A stretch of 64,000 bases of DNA from Lachnospiraceae bacterium (GTDB lineage: Bacteria; Bacillota; Clostridia; Lachnospirales; Lachnospiraceae): NCBI GenBank assembly GCA_015057055.1, contig SVFE01000001.1:23944-87943 (forward strand), given 5' to 3'. Shown one piece after another: positions 10,045-19,436 of the stretch. Below the pieces are notes generated by a model. That model saw nothing but the letters and a program-made list of their open reading frames with translations. It was not told where the DNA came from and did no database searches. The translations under genes and the position numbers were made by a program. How positions within the stretch are numbered: the stretch's first letter is position 1; each line of letters opens with the position of its first letter.

Positions 10045-11082
10045 ATGCAGACAGATATTAAATCAATGACCACGGAAGAATTAAAGGATCTGATGCGGAG
10101 CCTTGGTGAAAAAGAGTTTCGTGCAAAACAGATTTATGAGTGGATGCATAAAAAACTGGCATCCGATTATGAGGAAATGACTAATATTTCCGCGGCGCTG
10201 AAAGAAAAATTGAAAAACACATGTACTTATACCAAACTGCAAATGCTTAGGATGCAGGAATCTGCCGAGGACGGAACGCGCAAATACCTGTTTGCTTTGC
10301 CGGATGGGAATACGGTGGAGACCGTCTTTATGCGATATAAGCACGGAAACTCTGTTTGTATTTCTTCCCAGGTGGGGTGCCGGATGGGATGCAAATTTTG
10401 TGCGTCGACGCTGGACGGACTGGAACGCTGCCTTTTGCCGTCGGAGATGTTGGAGCAGATTTATGAAGTAACCAGGCATACCGGGGAGCGGGTATCGAAT
10501 ATTGTTGTAATGGGAACAGGAGAGCCCCTGGACAATTATGACAATCTGGTACGGTTTCTTAGAATGATTTCGGATGAAAACGGTCTAAATATCAGTCAGC
10601 GTAACATTACGGTATCGACCTGCGGGTTGGTGCCGAAGATGCTGGAACTGGCCAAGGAGAAACTGCAAATAACGTTGGCTTTGTCCTTACATGCCACAAC
10701 GGATGAAAAACGAAAAGAAATCATGCCGATTGCCAATTCCTACAGTATTTCCCAGTTAATGGATGCCTGCAAAGTTTACTTTGAGGAGACGGGAAGGCGG
10801 ATTACTTTTGAATATGCCCTGATTGCCGGGGTAAATGACAGCATAGAGCAGGCCGCGCAGTTGGCAGAACTGGCAAGACCGTTGCATTGTCATATCAATC
10901 TGATTCCCGTAAATCCCGTAAAAGAGAGAGGATATGCGGAATCTTCCAAGGCTGCAATTGTTGCTTTTAAAAATAAACTTGAAAAAAAACAAATAACCGT
11001 TACAATAAGAAGAGAAATGGGTAGAGACATCGATGGCGCCTGCGGACAACTTAGGAGGCGTTATGTTTGTGAGAAAAAATAA
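10045..11082 (+). CDS. rlmN: 23S rRNA m2A2503 / tRNA radical-SAM methyltransferase
   Basis: CISSQVGCRMGCKFC, MGTGEP, DIDGACGQL. Confidence 0.97.
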   Translation: MQTDIKSMTTEELKDLMRSLGEKEFRAKQIYEWMHKKLASDYEEMTNISAALKEKLKNTCTYTKLQMLRMQESAEDGTRKYLFALPDGNTVETVFMRYKHGNSVCISSQVGCRMGCKFCASTLDGLERCLLPSEMLEQIYEVTRHTGERVSNIVVMGTGEPLDNYDNLVRFLRMISDENGLNISQRNITVSTCGLVPKMLELAKEKLQITLALSLHATTDEKRKEIMPIANSYSISQLMDACKVYFEETGRRITFEYALIAGVNDSIEQAAQLAELARPLHCHINLIPVNPVKERGYAESSKAAIVAFKNKLEKKQITVTIRREMGRDIDGACGQLRRRYVCEKK

Positions 11083-11111
11083 AAGACTACACATTTGTAT
11101 GGAGGGTATCA

Positions 11112-11855
11112 ATGTCGGTTACATCTTATTCCTTAACGGATATAGGAAGACAAAGACAATTGAATCAGGATTATGTATTTACTTCTGAAGTTGCGGTGGG
11201 CCCGCTTCCCAATCTGTTTATCGTGGCAGACGGAATGGGTGGTCACAAAGCAGGGGAGTTTGCATCCAAGAGCGCGGTAGAAACCATTGTGAATGAGGTA
11301 AACCGCAGCAAGGAAAAAAATGCGGTGAAGGTTCTTGGTAAGGCGATTCAGAAGGCAAATGAAAAGGTCAGACAAAAAGCGTCTATGGATGAAAATTATC
11401 AGGGTATGGGAACCACCTTGGTTTTGGCATCCTATAGCGGGCATACCTTGTGTGTTGCCAATGTGGGAGACAGCAGGTTGTATCTGATAAGCGATAAAAT
11501 CCGGCAGATTACAACGGACCATTCCCTGGTGGAAGAAATGATTCGTATGGGTGGTCTGGACAGAGAGAAGGCAAGAAGTCATCCGGATAAAAACATCATC
11601 ACCCGGGCAGTCGGTGTGGTAGATGAAGTGGATGCGGATTTCTTTGAAGTGGACGATATAAAAACGGGAGACATTGTACTGATGTGTTCCGACGGTCTTT
11701 CCAATATGATCTCCGATGCGGAGCTGGAAGAGATTGTCAGAGAAGAGACGTCCCTGGAGGATAGAGCAAAAAAGATGATTGCATTGGCAAATCAAAGAGG
11801 CGGCAAGGATAATATTACGGTCATTCTGGCTCGCCTTGAGGTAAATGAGGAGTAG
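11112..11855 (+). CDS. prpC: PP2C Ser/Thr phosphatase (PrpC/Stp1)
   Basis: VADGMGGH, GMGTT, NVGDSR, CSDGL, GGKDN; adjacent to the kinase gene. Confidence 0.95.
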   Translation: MSVTSYSLTDIGRQRQLNQDYVFTSEVAVGPLPNLFIVADGMGGHKAGEFASKSAVETIVNEVNRSKEKNAVKVLGKAIQKANEKVRQKASMDENYQGMGTTLVLASYSGHTLCVANVGDSRLYLISDKIRQITTDHSLVEEMIRMGGLDREKARSHPDKNIITRAVGVVDEVDADFFEVDDIKTGDIVLMCSDGLSNMISDAELEEIVREETSLEDRAKKMIALANQRGGKDNITVILARLEVNEE

Positions 11856-11858
11856 TAA

Positions 11859-14198
11859 ATGATTAAGGTAGGAATGCTGATAGCAGAACGCTATGAGATA
11901 ATTGAAAAAATCGGAACCGGCGGAATGAGCGATGTATACCGGGCAAAGTGTCACAAACTGAACCGTTTTGTTGCGGTGAAGGTGCTTAAGCAGGAGTTTT
12001 CCGAAAATACGGATTTTGTTTCCAAGTTCCGTGTAGAGGCACAGGCGGCAGCAGGACTCATGCATCCGAACATTGTAAATGTGTATGATGTAGGCGAAGA
12101 AAACGGCTTCCAGTATATCGTTATGGAGCTGGTAGAAGGAATCACGCTGAAAAAATATATTGAGAAGAAGGCAAGATTGTCCGTAAAAGAAGCGGTCAGC
12201 ATTGCCATCCAGGTATCTATGGGTATCGAGGCTTCTCACAACAATCATATTATTCACAGGGATATTAAACCCCAGAATATTATTATCAGCAAGGAAGGAA
12301 AGGTAAAGGTTACGGATTTTGGTATTGCAAAGGCGGCAACCAGCAACACCATTACTTCCAGTGTCATGGGTAGTGTGCATTATACTTCTCCGGAACAGGT
12401 GCGTGGCGGTTTTTCCGATGAGAAGAGTGATATCTATTCTTTGGGTATTACTTTGTTTGAAATGCTTACCGGAAGGGTGCCCTTTAACGGAGAAACCACG
12501 GTTGCGGTAGCGATTAAGCATATCCAGGAGCCGATGCCCTCGCCCAGAAATTTTGTTCCCGAGATTCCCATCAGCGTGGAACAGATTGTAATGAAATGTA
12601 CGCAGAAAAGCCCGGACAGACGTTATCAGTATGCGCCGGAGCTGATTGAAGATTTGAAAAAATCGCTGATTAGTCCGGATGAAAACTTTGTAAAACTGGA
12701 TACGGAAGACGTGCAGGGTGTGACCAAGAATATCACCAGCAAGGAATTGAAGGAAATCAAGAGACAAAGCCATAATTCCGTGGATGTAAAGATGAGCGGT
12801 ACAGGTAATATGGATGTACCTGCCGAAGCTCCCGTGGCAGTACCGGCGGTAGTTCCGGTAAAAGAAAAGGAAAGCAGCAAAGAAGCAAAAAGTGCAAGCT
12901 CCAATGGCCAGGCAAAACCCAAAAACGGCAAGAATTCCAAGAATGCTTCCGGAACGCCCGTCAAAGGAAACGGAGAAAGTGCGCCTAAGAGCGGGGCAAA
13001 AACCCAGAAGCCTTCCGGAAAAAATGCAGCGCCCAGCCGTCCGGCTAAGGCTTCAAAGAGCGGAAAGCCTTCTGCGAAACCGGCCGGAGCAGCTTCCGGT
13101 AAGAAAAAGAAAAACGGAAGTAACTATGAAGAAGAATATGATCCTAAGATGGAGTTTTTGACAACGGTGCTTATTGTTGTGGCAACGGTAATCATCGGTT
13201 GTATCTTTATCTATTTCTTTACCAAGGCGTTGGGAATCAATTTGTTCTCTACGGAGCCGGTAGAAACTGAGGCAGAGCAGACTGCTCAGGTCGAAATGAT
13301 TGCGGTGGATAATATGGATGCGGCCGTTGCGGAAAGTACATTGACCGCTATGGGCCTTACGGTTACGAAGGAATACGAAGAATCGGATGCGGTTCCGGAA
13401 AATCAGGTAATCCGTGCATCCGTAGCAGTAGGAACCATGGTGGACGTAGGAAGTAACGTGGTACTTACGGTCAGCAGCGGGGCGAACGGTGCCGCTGTGC
13501 CTTCCGTTTTGGGATTGTCTAGGGCAGAAGCGACGGCAGCTTTGGAACGGGAAGGATTTGTTGTTACGGTAAATCACGTGAATTCTGACACGGTAGCGAG
13601 AGACAATGTTGTCTCCCAGATGCCGGAAGGTGAATCTCATATTGCCAGAGGCGCCACCGTGGAAATTACGGTCAGCCTGGGCGCGGAAGAAGTCGAGGTT
13701 CAGGTACCAAACATTTTGAACCAGACAGAAGAAGATGCGATTGTGATGCTTGCGGAAGCCGGCCTTGCCGGAGTTATGGTACTTGAAGAGTACAGTGATA
13801 CGGTGGAAGAAGGCCGTGTTACTTATCAGAATTATTCCGGCGGACTTACGGTAAACAGTGGTACAGAGATTGAGTTCCGTATCAGTATGGGTCCGGAGCA
13901 GATTTTCTATAATTGTAATACTACGGTAAACGCACCGGCGGATTATGCCGGAGGCGATGCGGTAATTACCCTTACCGGTGTGGATGGTTCGGAATTGCAC
14001 CGTGTCAATACTTCATCCTTCCCGGTAGAAATTAATCTGTACAATATTTTTGCGATTTCCAAAGGGGAAATTACAATTACCTATAATGTCAATCGTCAGG
14101 AACAGGTTACGGATGCGGCGGGCAACGTAACGGTGCAGACGGTACAGGTGCTTACAACGTCAGCGCCGATTCCCGTTAACTTTACCCGGGCACAGTAA
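11859..14198 (+). CDS. prkC: PASTA-domain Ser/Thr kinase (PrkC/PknB/Stk1)
   Basis: IGTGGM, HRDIKPQN, DFGIA, GSVHYTSPEQ; one TM helix and about three PASTA repeats. Confidence 0.95.
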   Translation: MIKVGMLIAERYEIIEKIGTGGMSDVYRAKCHKLNRFVAVKVLKQEFSENTDFVSKFRVEAQAAAGLMHPNIVNVYDVGEENGFQYIVMELVEGITLKKYIEKKARLSVKEAVSIAIQVSMGIEASHNNHIIHRDIKPQNIIISKEGKVKVTDFGIAKAATSNTITSSVMGSVHYTSPEQVRGGFSDEKSDIYSLGITLFEMLTGRVPFNGETTVAVAIKHIQEPMPSPRNFVPEIPISVEQIVMKCTQKSPDRRYQYAPELIEDLKKSLISPDENFVKLDTEDVQGVTKNITSKELKEIKRQSHNSVDVKMSGTGNMDVPAEAPVAVPAVVPVKEKESSKEAKSASSNGQAKPKNGKNSKNASGTPVKGNGESAPKSGAKTQKPSGKNAAPSRPAKASKSGKPSAKPAGAASGKKKKNGSNYEEEYDPKMEFLTTVLIVVATVIIGCIFIYFFTKALGINLFSTEPVETEAEQTAQVEMIAVDNMDAAVAESTLTAMGLTVTKEYEESDAVPENQVIRASVAVGTMVDVGSNVVLTVSSGANGAAVPSVLGLSRAEATAALEREGFVVTVNHVNSDTVARDNVVSQMPEGESHIARGATVEITVSLGAEEVEVQVPNILNQTEEDAIVMLAEAGLAGVMVLEEYSDTVEEGRVTYQNYSGGLTVNSGTEIEFRISMGPEQIFYNCNTTVNAPADYAGGDAVITLTGVDGSELHRVNTSSFPVEINLYNIFAISKGEITITYNVNRQEQVTDAAGNVTVQTVQVLTTSAPIPVNFTRAQ

Positions 14199-14212
14199 GG
14201 CAGGGAGGACGA

Positions 14213-15100
14213 ATGACAAAAACGGGAAAAATTATGAAAGGCATTGCCGGATTTTACTATGTGCACGTTGCGCAGGTAGGACTTGTGGAATGCCACGCCA
14301 AAGGGATTTTTCGAAAAGAAGGAAAAAAGCCTTTGGTGGGAGATGTTGTAGAAATCGAGATTCTGGATGAAGAAAAAATGACGGGAAGTATTGTGGGAAT
14401 CTTAGAGAGAACCAATCGTCTGATTCGTCCGGAGGTTGCTAATGTGGACCAGGTATTGATTATTTTTGCCCACGTTTCACCGCAACCGAATCTGAATTTA
14501 CTAAATAAATTTCTGATTATGATGGAGATGCAGGGCGTGCCTTGCATTCTCTGTTTTAATAAGCAGGACAAGGCGTCCAAGGAGCAGCGGGAAGGTCTTT
14601 TGAAGATTTACGAAAAGTGCGGTTGCAGAGTTATTACAATCAGCGCATTGGAAGGCGAAGGACTGGCTTCATTAGAGGCAGTTTTTGAGGGAAAGACCAC
14701 GGCACTGGCAGGCCCCAGCGGCGTAGGAAAATCTACGGTTTTAAATTATTTCTGCCCGGATGCGGGAATGGAGACCGGGGACATCAGCCGAAAACTGGAG
14801 CGGGGAAAACATACTACCAGACATTCGGAAGTGTTTTATGTAAAAGATAATACCTATCTTATGGACACCCCGGGATTTACTGCTCTGGAACTGCTGGAAG
14901 GACTGGAGAAGGAAGCGGTAAAGGATTATTTTCCGGAATTTTATCCCTATGAGGGAAAATGTAAATTTGACGGTTGCCATCACATTCATGAACCGAAGTG
15001 CGCCGTACAGGAAGCGGTGCAGGAGGGAAAAATAAGCAAAATCCGCTACGACGGATATTGCGCCATTTACGAGGAAATCAAAAACCGAAAACGATATTAG
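14213..15100 (+). CDS. rsgA: Ribosome small-subunit-dependent GTPase
   Basis: NKQD, GPSGVGKST, GKHTT, DTPGF, CKFDGCHHIHEPKC zinc knuckle. Confidence 0.97.
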   Translation: MTKTGKIMKGIAGFYYVHVAQVGLVECHAKGIFRKEGKKPLVGDVVEIEILDEEKMTGSIVGILERTNRLIRPEVANVDQVLIIFAHVSPQPNLNLLNKFLIMMEMQGVPCILCFNKQDKASKEQREGLLKIYEKCGCRVITISALEGEGLASLEAVFEGKTTALAGPSGVGKSTVLNYFCPDAGMETGDISRKLERGKHTTRHSEVFYVKDNTYLMDTPGFTALELLEGLEKEAVKDYFPEFYPYEGKCKFDGCHHIHEPKCAVQEAVQEGKISKIRYDGYCAIYEEIKNRKRY

Positions 15101-15115
15101 AGGGGAAACAGGGAG

Positions 15116-15574
15116 ATGAACAAAAGAGTTAAAACAAATTTTATTTTGGTAATGATACCGACCGCTGTTTTAGGGCTTGTGGTTTTGCTGGCCTTTTTGG
15201 CAGTTGTGGCGATGCTTGTTTTCGATGAACAGATACTGGGTTATCTGCATTTTTTGGGCGGTTTATTATTAATACTGGAATTTTTTGCAGGCGGATTGGC
15301 GGTTCTTATCATAATTTTGCTTGGGGGATATGTGGCCGCATTATTTGCCTTTGCTTTAATTCCGAAACTTTTGATAGAAAAAAATAAGGGCCGGCTGGTG
15401 GCCTACCGGGTTCTTATGACGATTGAATATCTGTTGCAGGCGCAGATCGTACTTTTTTGCGTCGGCATGATGAGTGAAGAAATCAGTGTATTTTGGATTG
15501 CTGTGGCAGTGGTTGTGACAGTACTCAATGTGATCAGTGCGATTAACACTTACACAAAACGAATTTTAGTATAA
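15116..15574 (+). CDS. Hypothetical 4-TM membrane protein
   Basis: 152 aa, almost entirely hydrophobic; GGGAG SD; sits between rsgA and rpe. Confidence 0.7.
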   Translation: MNKRVKTNFILVMIPTAVLGLVVLLAFLAVVAMLVFDEQILGYLHFLGGLLLILEFFAGGLAVLIIILLGGYVAALFAFALIPKLLIEKNKGRLVAYRVLMTIEYLLQAQIVLFCVGMMSEEISVFWIAVAVVVTVLNVISAINTYTKRILV

Positions 15575-15597
15575 AACATGAGAGAGGAAATGGTAAT

Positions 15598-16251
15598 ATG
15601 AATCATTTTGCACCATCCATACTATCGGCAGATTTTGCCCATTTAAAAGAAGATATTGACGCTACGGTAAGAGGCGGCACGGATTATTTGCACGTGGATG
15701 TGATGGATGGCGTGTTTGTACCGTCGATTTCCTTTGGTATGCCGGTACTTAAATGCATTCGGAAAGCAACGGATTTGTTTTTGGACGTGCACCTTATGAT
15801 TACGAAGCCGGAGCGTTATGTGGAAGAATTTGTAAAAAGCGGGGCTGATCTTGTGACGGTTCATTTGGAGACCCTAGAAAACCCGAAAGAAGTGTTGGAA
15901 CAGATTCGGGCGCAGGGAGTAAAAGTTGGACTTGCCATTAATCCGGAGACACCGGCAGAAGAAATAAAACCCTATCTTCCTTATATTGATATGGCGCTGG
16001 TTATGACTGTGCATCCCGGCTTTGGCGGACAGTCCTATATCCCGGAATGTACGGAGAAAATCAGTCAGATTGCCGGGTGGATTAAGGAAATGGACCTTTC
16101 CGTAGATTTGGAAGTGGACGGCGGAGTGAAGCTGGATAATGTGGAAATGGTGCTGGAAAACGGTGCTAATGTCATTGTAGCAGGTTCTGCGGTATTTGCC
16201 GGTGATATTGAGAAGAATACAAGGGAGTTTATGGATATACTGAAAAAGTAG
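15598..16251 (+). CDS. rpe: Ribulose-phosphate 3-epimerase
   Basis: APSILSADF, HVDVMDG, DVHLM, MTVHPGFGGQ, EVDGG. Confidence 0.97.
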   Translation: MNHFAPSILSADFAHLKEDIDATVRGGTDYLHVDVMDGVFVPSISFGMPVLKCIRKATDLFLDVHLMITKPERYVEEFVKSGADLVTVHLETLENPKEVLEQIRAQGVKVGLAINPETPAEEIKPYLPYIDMALVMTVHPGFGGQSYIPECTEKISQIAGWIKEMDLSVDLEVDGGVKLDNVEMVLENGANVIVAGSAVFAGDIEKNTREFMDILKK

Positions 16252-16284
16252 CGCAGATTTCAATTCGGCAAAGGGGGGCGAAAT

Positions 16285-16965
16285 ATGCATAATCTTAAAT
16301 CAATTATTTTAATTCCGTTAAAAATCAAAAGAAAAGGTCTTGTGCCACCGATTCTTTTAATGCTGTTTTTTTTGTTAGCTATGATTGTGGTTCCGGGGAT
16401 AGTTTCTCTGTTTGTCGAAGATGAGAATACGTTTATTTTTATTCTTTTGCTTTCCTGGTTAGTCTTGTTGCCTCTGTTTCTGATTTCCGTTGCGATTGTT
16501 ATTATGATGGCGGTTAATAAAAAGTTTTCTGTTTTTCGGTATATTCCGGAAGCGCCGGAGGAAGCGACATTTAAAATGAATGTTTTATTTGATTTTGTAT
16601 CCTCACCGGGGCAGATGCTTTATCAGGACGGCGAACCGGAAGCATTGCGGAAATCCGGACCCATGGTGACGATCTATGAGGCAGATAAGGCGGGCAGAGA
16701 CTTTGAGGGAATGCATAAAGTGTCCGAACTTATGGTCAATCATAAATACCGATTGGCGATGTTTTTACGGCTGGCGGCAGGAATTGGTCCCGGCGGAAGA
16801 TACGGTTTTACCGGTACCATGCAGGCATATTGGTACCTATTTATAGGCGAAGAGTATGACGCTTTGATGCAGGCTATGCAGGAACATAGGGTAGATGTTA
16901 AAATAACAAAGCAAAATGACATAGAAGCAAAATACATTGTGGATGGCATTATGGCCAGAAGTTGA
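16285..16965 (+). CDS. Hypothetical protein (2 N-terminal TM plus soluble domain)
   Basis: 226-aa ORF with AAGGGGGG SD, two hydrophobic helices, followed by a terminator. Confidence 0.7.
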   Translation: MHNLKSIILIPLKIKRKGLVPPILLMLFFLLAMIVVPGIVSLFVEDENTFIFILLLSWLVLLPLFLISVAIVIMMAVNKKFSVFRYIPEAPEEATFKMNVLFDFVSSPGQMLYQDGEPEALRKSGPMVTIYEADKAGRDFEGMHKVSELMVNHKYRLAMFLRLAAGIGPGGRYGFTGTMQAYWYLFIGEEYDALMQAMQEHRVDVKITKQNDIEAKYIVDGIMARS

Positions 16966-16979
16966 TTAGAATTATTTTT

Positions 16980-17008
16980 GGGGGAGACTATTATAGTCTC
17001 CCCCTTTT
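16980..17008 (+). terminator. Intrinsic terminator between convergent genes
   Basis: GGGGGAGACTA-TTA-TAGTCTCCCCC followed by TTTT. Confidence 0.85.
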
Positions 17009-17027
17009 GATTATGAATGTGTCTATG

Positions 17028-18365
17028 CTATTTTGTAAAGATGGTGTATTGGACAAAGTTCATGTCAAGAATCACATTTAATGGCTCGTCATTTCCGATT
17101 TCACATTGTCTGCGTAATTCATCCTCAGAATGGTTTATAATTAATAAGAGACCATCATTAAGATAATACATGGTGTAATCAGTATTGTTTGCCAACTCCA
17201 CATTGTTTATAAAAAAGTATCCGATACGAGTTTCTCCGTTGCCTGTACCGGGAGTTATGCCTTCAATATAGAATACAGCGTTTGTATCTGAAAAGCGTCC
17301 GTAGGTTTCGGCAACAACAATATCTGTGGTATATTCTTCCGTAATCTCCAAAGTAGTAAAGTGCTCTCCGAAAAGAGAAGAAAAACTATCGCTATTGTAG
17401 TTATCCGTCTGGATTACAATGCTATTAGTAATTGCTTCTTCGCCAGTGCCAATCTGGATTTGATAATCAATCTGTATTGTTTCAAAGGGAGAGTTATTGT
17501 AGTCGGTTCCGAGTTTGCCATATACCTCTTCAACAAGATCATAATTCAGGTTCTCAAAACACAATTGTGTTGAGTTTCCGGTTTCAAGTTCTGTGAAGGG
17601 CATGCGAATATCATTTTCTGCAAGGTAACGTAAACTGGTATATTCCGGAGTAATGTTTATTCCATTTACATAGATGTCGTTAATATATAAGAATACTTTT
17701 TTGTTGCTGTCATTATTGTTCTCCAAAGTAAGAAACATTGTGTTTGCCTCATCAAAAGAATCAAAGGTTAAAGAAACTCCGTTTTCATTGAAGATAACAT
17801 TATTTGTTACGTTTAGGTTAGTAAAAGCTTTTACTGCTGTATCAATGTTTTCAGTTGCAGTTTGATGGTAGGACAGAAATTCATTGTACAGACTGTCAAA
17901 ATCACTGCTGTACCATACATCATTTTCGGCAATAAAACCTGCTTGAATTTCATCTCTGTGAGTATCAATTAATAGTGCGGCTGCATTACCAAAATCTTCC
18001 CATTCTTGTAACTGCGCAAGTGCTTCTTCGTGCGTTTTCCCTTCGTAATAAATCATGGAACAATAAGCATAAATGAGTTCCCATAATTCCATTTTACGGG
18101 AGTCAGGGTCATTGGAAATCTCATCCATCATGATCTCGAAAGCTTCCATTTTTGCTTCTATATCGTCTTCGTCAGACCGGGGGGCTTCCGGTGTTTCGGC
18201 AACAGGTTCCTCATCAAGTTCCGATGTTTGTGATTCCTGAAGATTGGATTCGGTAACAGGTTCATTCGTGCTTGTGTTTTCGGTCTCTTCCGGTTTTTCG
18301 CCACAAGCAGTAAGACATGCTGCAAGTAAAAGGGCAGCAATAAAAGCAATGCTTTTCTTTTTCAT
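17028..18365 (-). CDS. Acidic hypothetical lipoprotein (445 aa); minus strand, mislabelled + in the ORF track
   Basis: The reverse complement of 18365 downward reads ATG AAA AAG AAA AGC ATT (MKKKSI); stop is CTA at 17028-17030 on +; GGAGGAG SD on the minus strand; lipobox LTAC then an E/T/S-rich linker. Confidence 0.9.
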   Translation of the reverse strand: MKKKSIAFIAALLLAACLTACGEKPEETENTSTNEPVTESNLQESQTSELDEEPVAETPEAPRSDEDDIEAKMEAFEIMMDEISNDPDSRKMELWELIYAYCSMIYYEGKTHEEALAQLQEWEDFGNAAALLIDTHRDEIQAGFIAENDVWYSSDFDSLYNEFLSYHQTATENIDTAVKAFTNLNVTNNVIFNENGVSLTFDSFDEANTMFLTLENNNDSNKKVFLYINDIYVNGINITPEYTSLRYLAENDIRMPFTELETGNSTQLCFENLNYDLVEEVYGKLGTDYNNSPFETIQIDYQIQIGTGEEAITNSIVIQTDNYNSDSFSSLFGEHFTTLEITEEYTTDIVVAETYGRFSDTNAVFYIEGITPGTGNGETRIGYFFINNVELANNTDYTMYYLNDGLLLIINHSEDELRRQCEIGNDEPLNVILDMNFVQYTIFTK

Positions 18366-18530
18366 ATTTTTGTTCTCCTCCTTTTGCTGGTTTATCAGCG
18401 TTTTTTTTAAATTTTAGTGTCTAAAAATCACAAAAAGTGTGACAATAAACATTACAGATTGTACCATATAAAATGTTGCGATTCAAGTTTAAAATAGAAT
18501 TACAAAAATGATGATGGAATAGGTGATGTA

Positions 18531-18716
18531 ATGGCAGAAGGGAAAAAGTTAGTCATTCGTAAGAAGGGCGAGGATGGTACCAAGACTTTTTCGGTACGTT
18601 TGAAGGAAGAAACCATTCGGCGTATCGATGAACTGGCAATGAAGACAGATCGTAGCAGAAACGAATTGATTGGAATGCTTCTTGAATTTGGATTAGAAAA
18701 TTGTGAGACGGAATAG
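18531..18716 (+). CDS. Ribbon-helix-helix (CopG-like) DNA-binding protein
   Basis: TFSVRLKEETIRRIDELAMKTDRSRNELIGMLLE fits the RHH strand-helix-helix pattern; AGGTG SD. Confidence 0.8.
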   Translation: MAEGKKLVIRKKGEDGTKTFSVRLKEETIRRIDELAMKTDRSRNELIGMLLEFGLENCETE

Positions 18717-18729
18717 AAACGGAATAGAA
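18708..18729. repeat. Perfect 11-bp tandem duplication (ACGGAATAGAA x2) across the RHH stop codon
   Basis: 18708-18718 and 18719-18729 are identical. Confidence 0.9.
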
Positions 18730-18744
18730 CAAGAAAAGTGTTAT

Positions 18745-18778
18745 AGCCTATTGAGCAGTGTCTCGGTAGGCTTTTTTT
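18745..18778 (+). terminator. Intrinsic terminator after the RHH gene
   Basis: AGCCTATTGAG-CAGTGT-CTCGGTAGGCT then TTTTTT. Confidence 0.8.
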
Positions 18779-18857
18779 ATTTGTTCAAAAAATGTTTGTA
18801 GTTTATGAAGTGAAGGGGTGAGTTTAAATCGATGAGGTAAAACTCCTGTCGCAACTA

Positions 18858-18900
18858 TTGCCATATACATGTTTGTATGCTAGACTAGTATCATAAATGA
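18858..18900 (+). promoter_or_regulatory. sigmaA promoter with a candidate palindromic operator at +1
   Basis: TTGCCA (18858-63), N17, TAGACT (18881-86) with extended TG; TCAT-AA-ATGA at 18891-18900. Confidence 0.55.
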
Positions 18901-18920
18901 GATTAGAAAAGAGGGAATCT

Positions 18921-19436
18921 ATGGAAGAATTAGTAAAGGTACTTACAGACCCGGTTTCCAACAAGATTTTACAGCTTATAAGAGTGAATGCGGAGATGAC
19001 GATAGCGGATATTCTGGCTGCCAATATTGGCATACCCAGGGCAACAATCTATCGGAAAATGGAGAAGATAGAAAAGGTTGGTGCTGTGTATGTATCATCC
19101 ACCAACAAGATTCGGGGACAGATAGAAAAGGTATATCGGATTAAGGATATCTATATCGCATCCAAGGGTGATCATAAAGAAGATATGAGAAATGTTACGG
19201 TAAGTCTTATGGGGCTGATAGAACAGTATGAGACTTATTTTCGAAAAGAGAATGCAGATGTTGCAAAAGATAAATTGTTTCTGTTCAATTACAATATTTC
19301 TTTGGACGATGAGGATTTTTCTGCAATGCTGAAGGAAATTTACCAGATTGTGGATAAGTATCAGAACAAGCAAGGTACAGGCGATGAGAAGTTAAGGAAT
19401 CTGTATATGATATCAGCACCGGGAGGCGAAGTATAA
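18921..19436 (+). CDS. ArsR-like winged-helix transcriptional regulator
   Basis: LTDPVSNKILQLI...IPRATIYRKMEKIEKVG HTH; GAGGGA SD before ATG 18921; stop overlaps the next start. Confidence 0.8.
   Translation: MEELVKVLTDPVSNKILQLIRVNAEMTIADILAANIGIPRATIYRKMEKIEKVGAVYVSSTNKIRGQIEKVYRIKDIYIASKGDHKEDMRNVTVSLMGLIEQYETYFRKENADVAKDKLFLFNYNISLDDEDFSAMLKEIYQIVDKYQNKQGTGDEKLRNLYMISAPGGEV

Noticed and set aside
11133-12773. 546-aa minus-strand ORF (likewise 5869-6819, 13053-14000 and the many shorter antisense or alternate-frame ORFs)
   Set aside because: Shadow frames of well-supported + strand genes; no recognisable motifs.
17028-18365. ORF-track label '+' for the 445-aa protein
   Set aside because: The + strand here does not encode it; start, SD and stop all read on the reverse complement.
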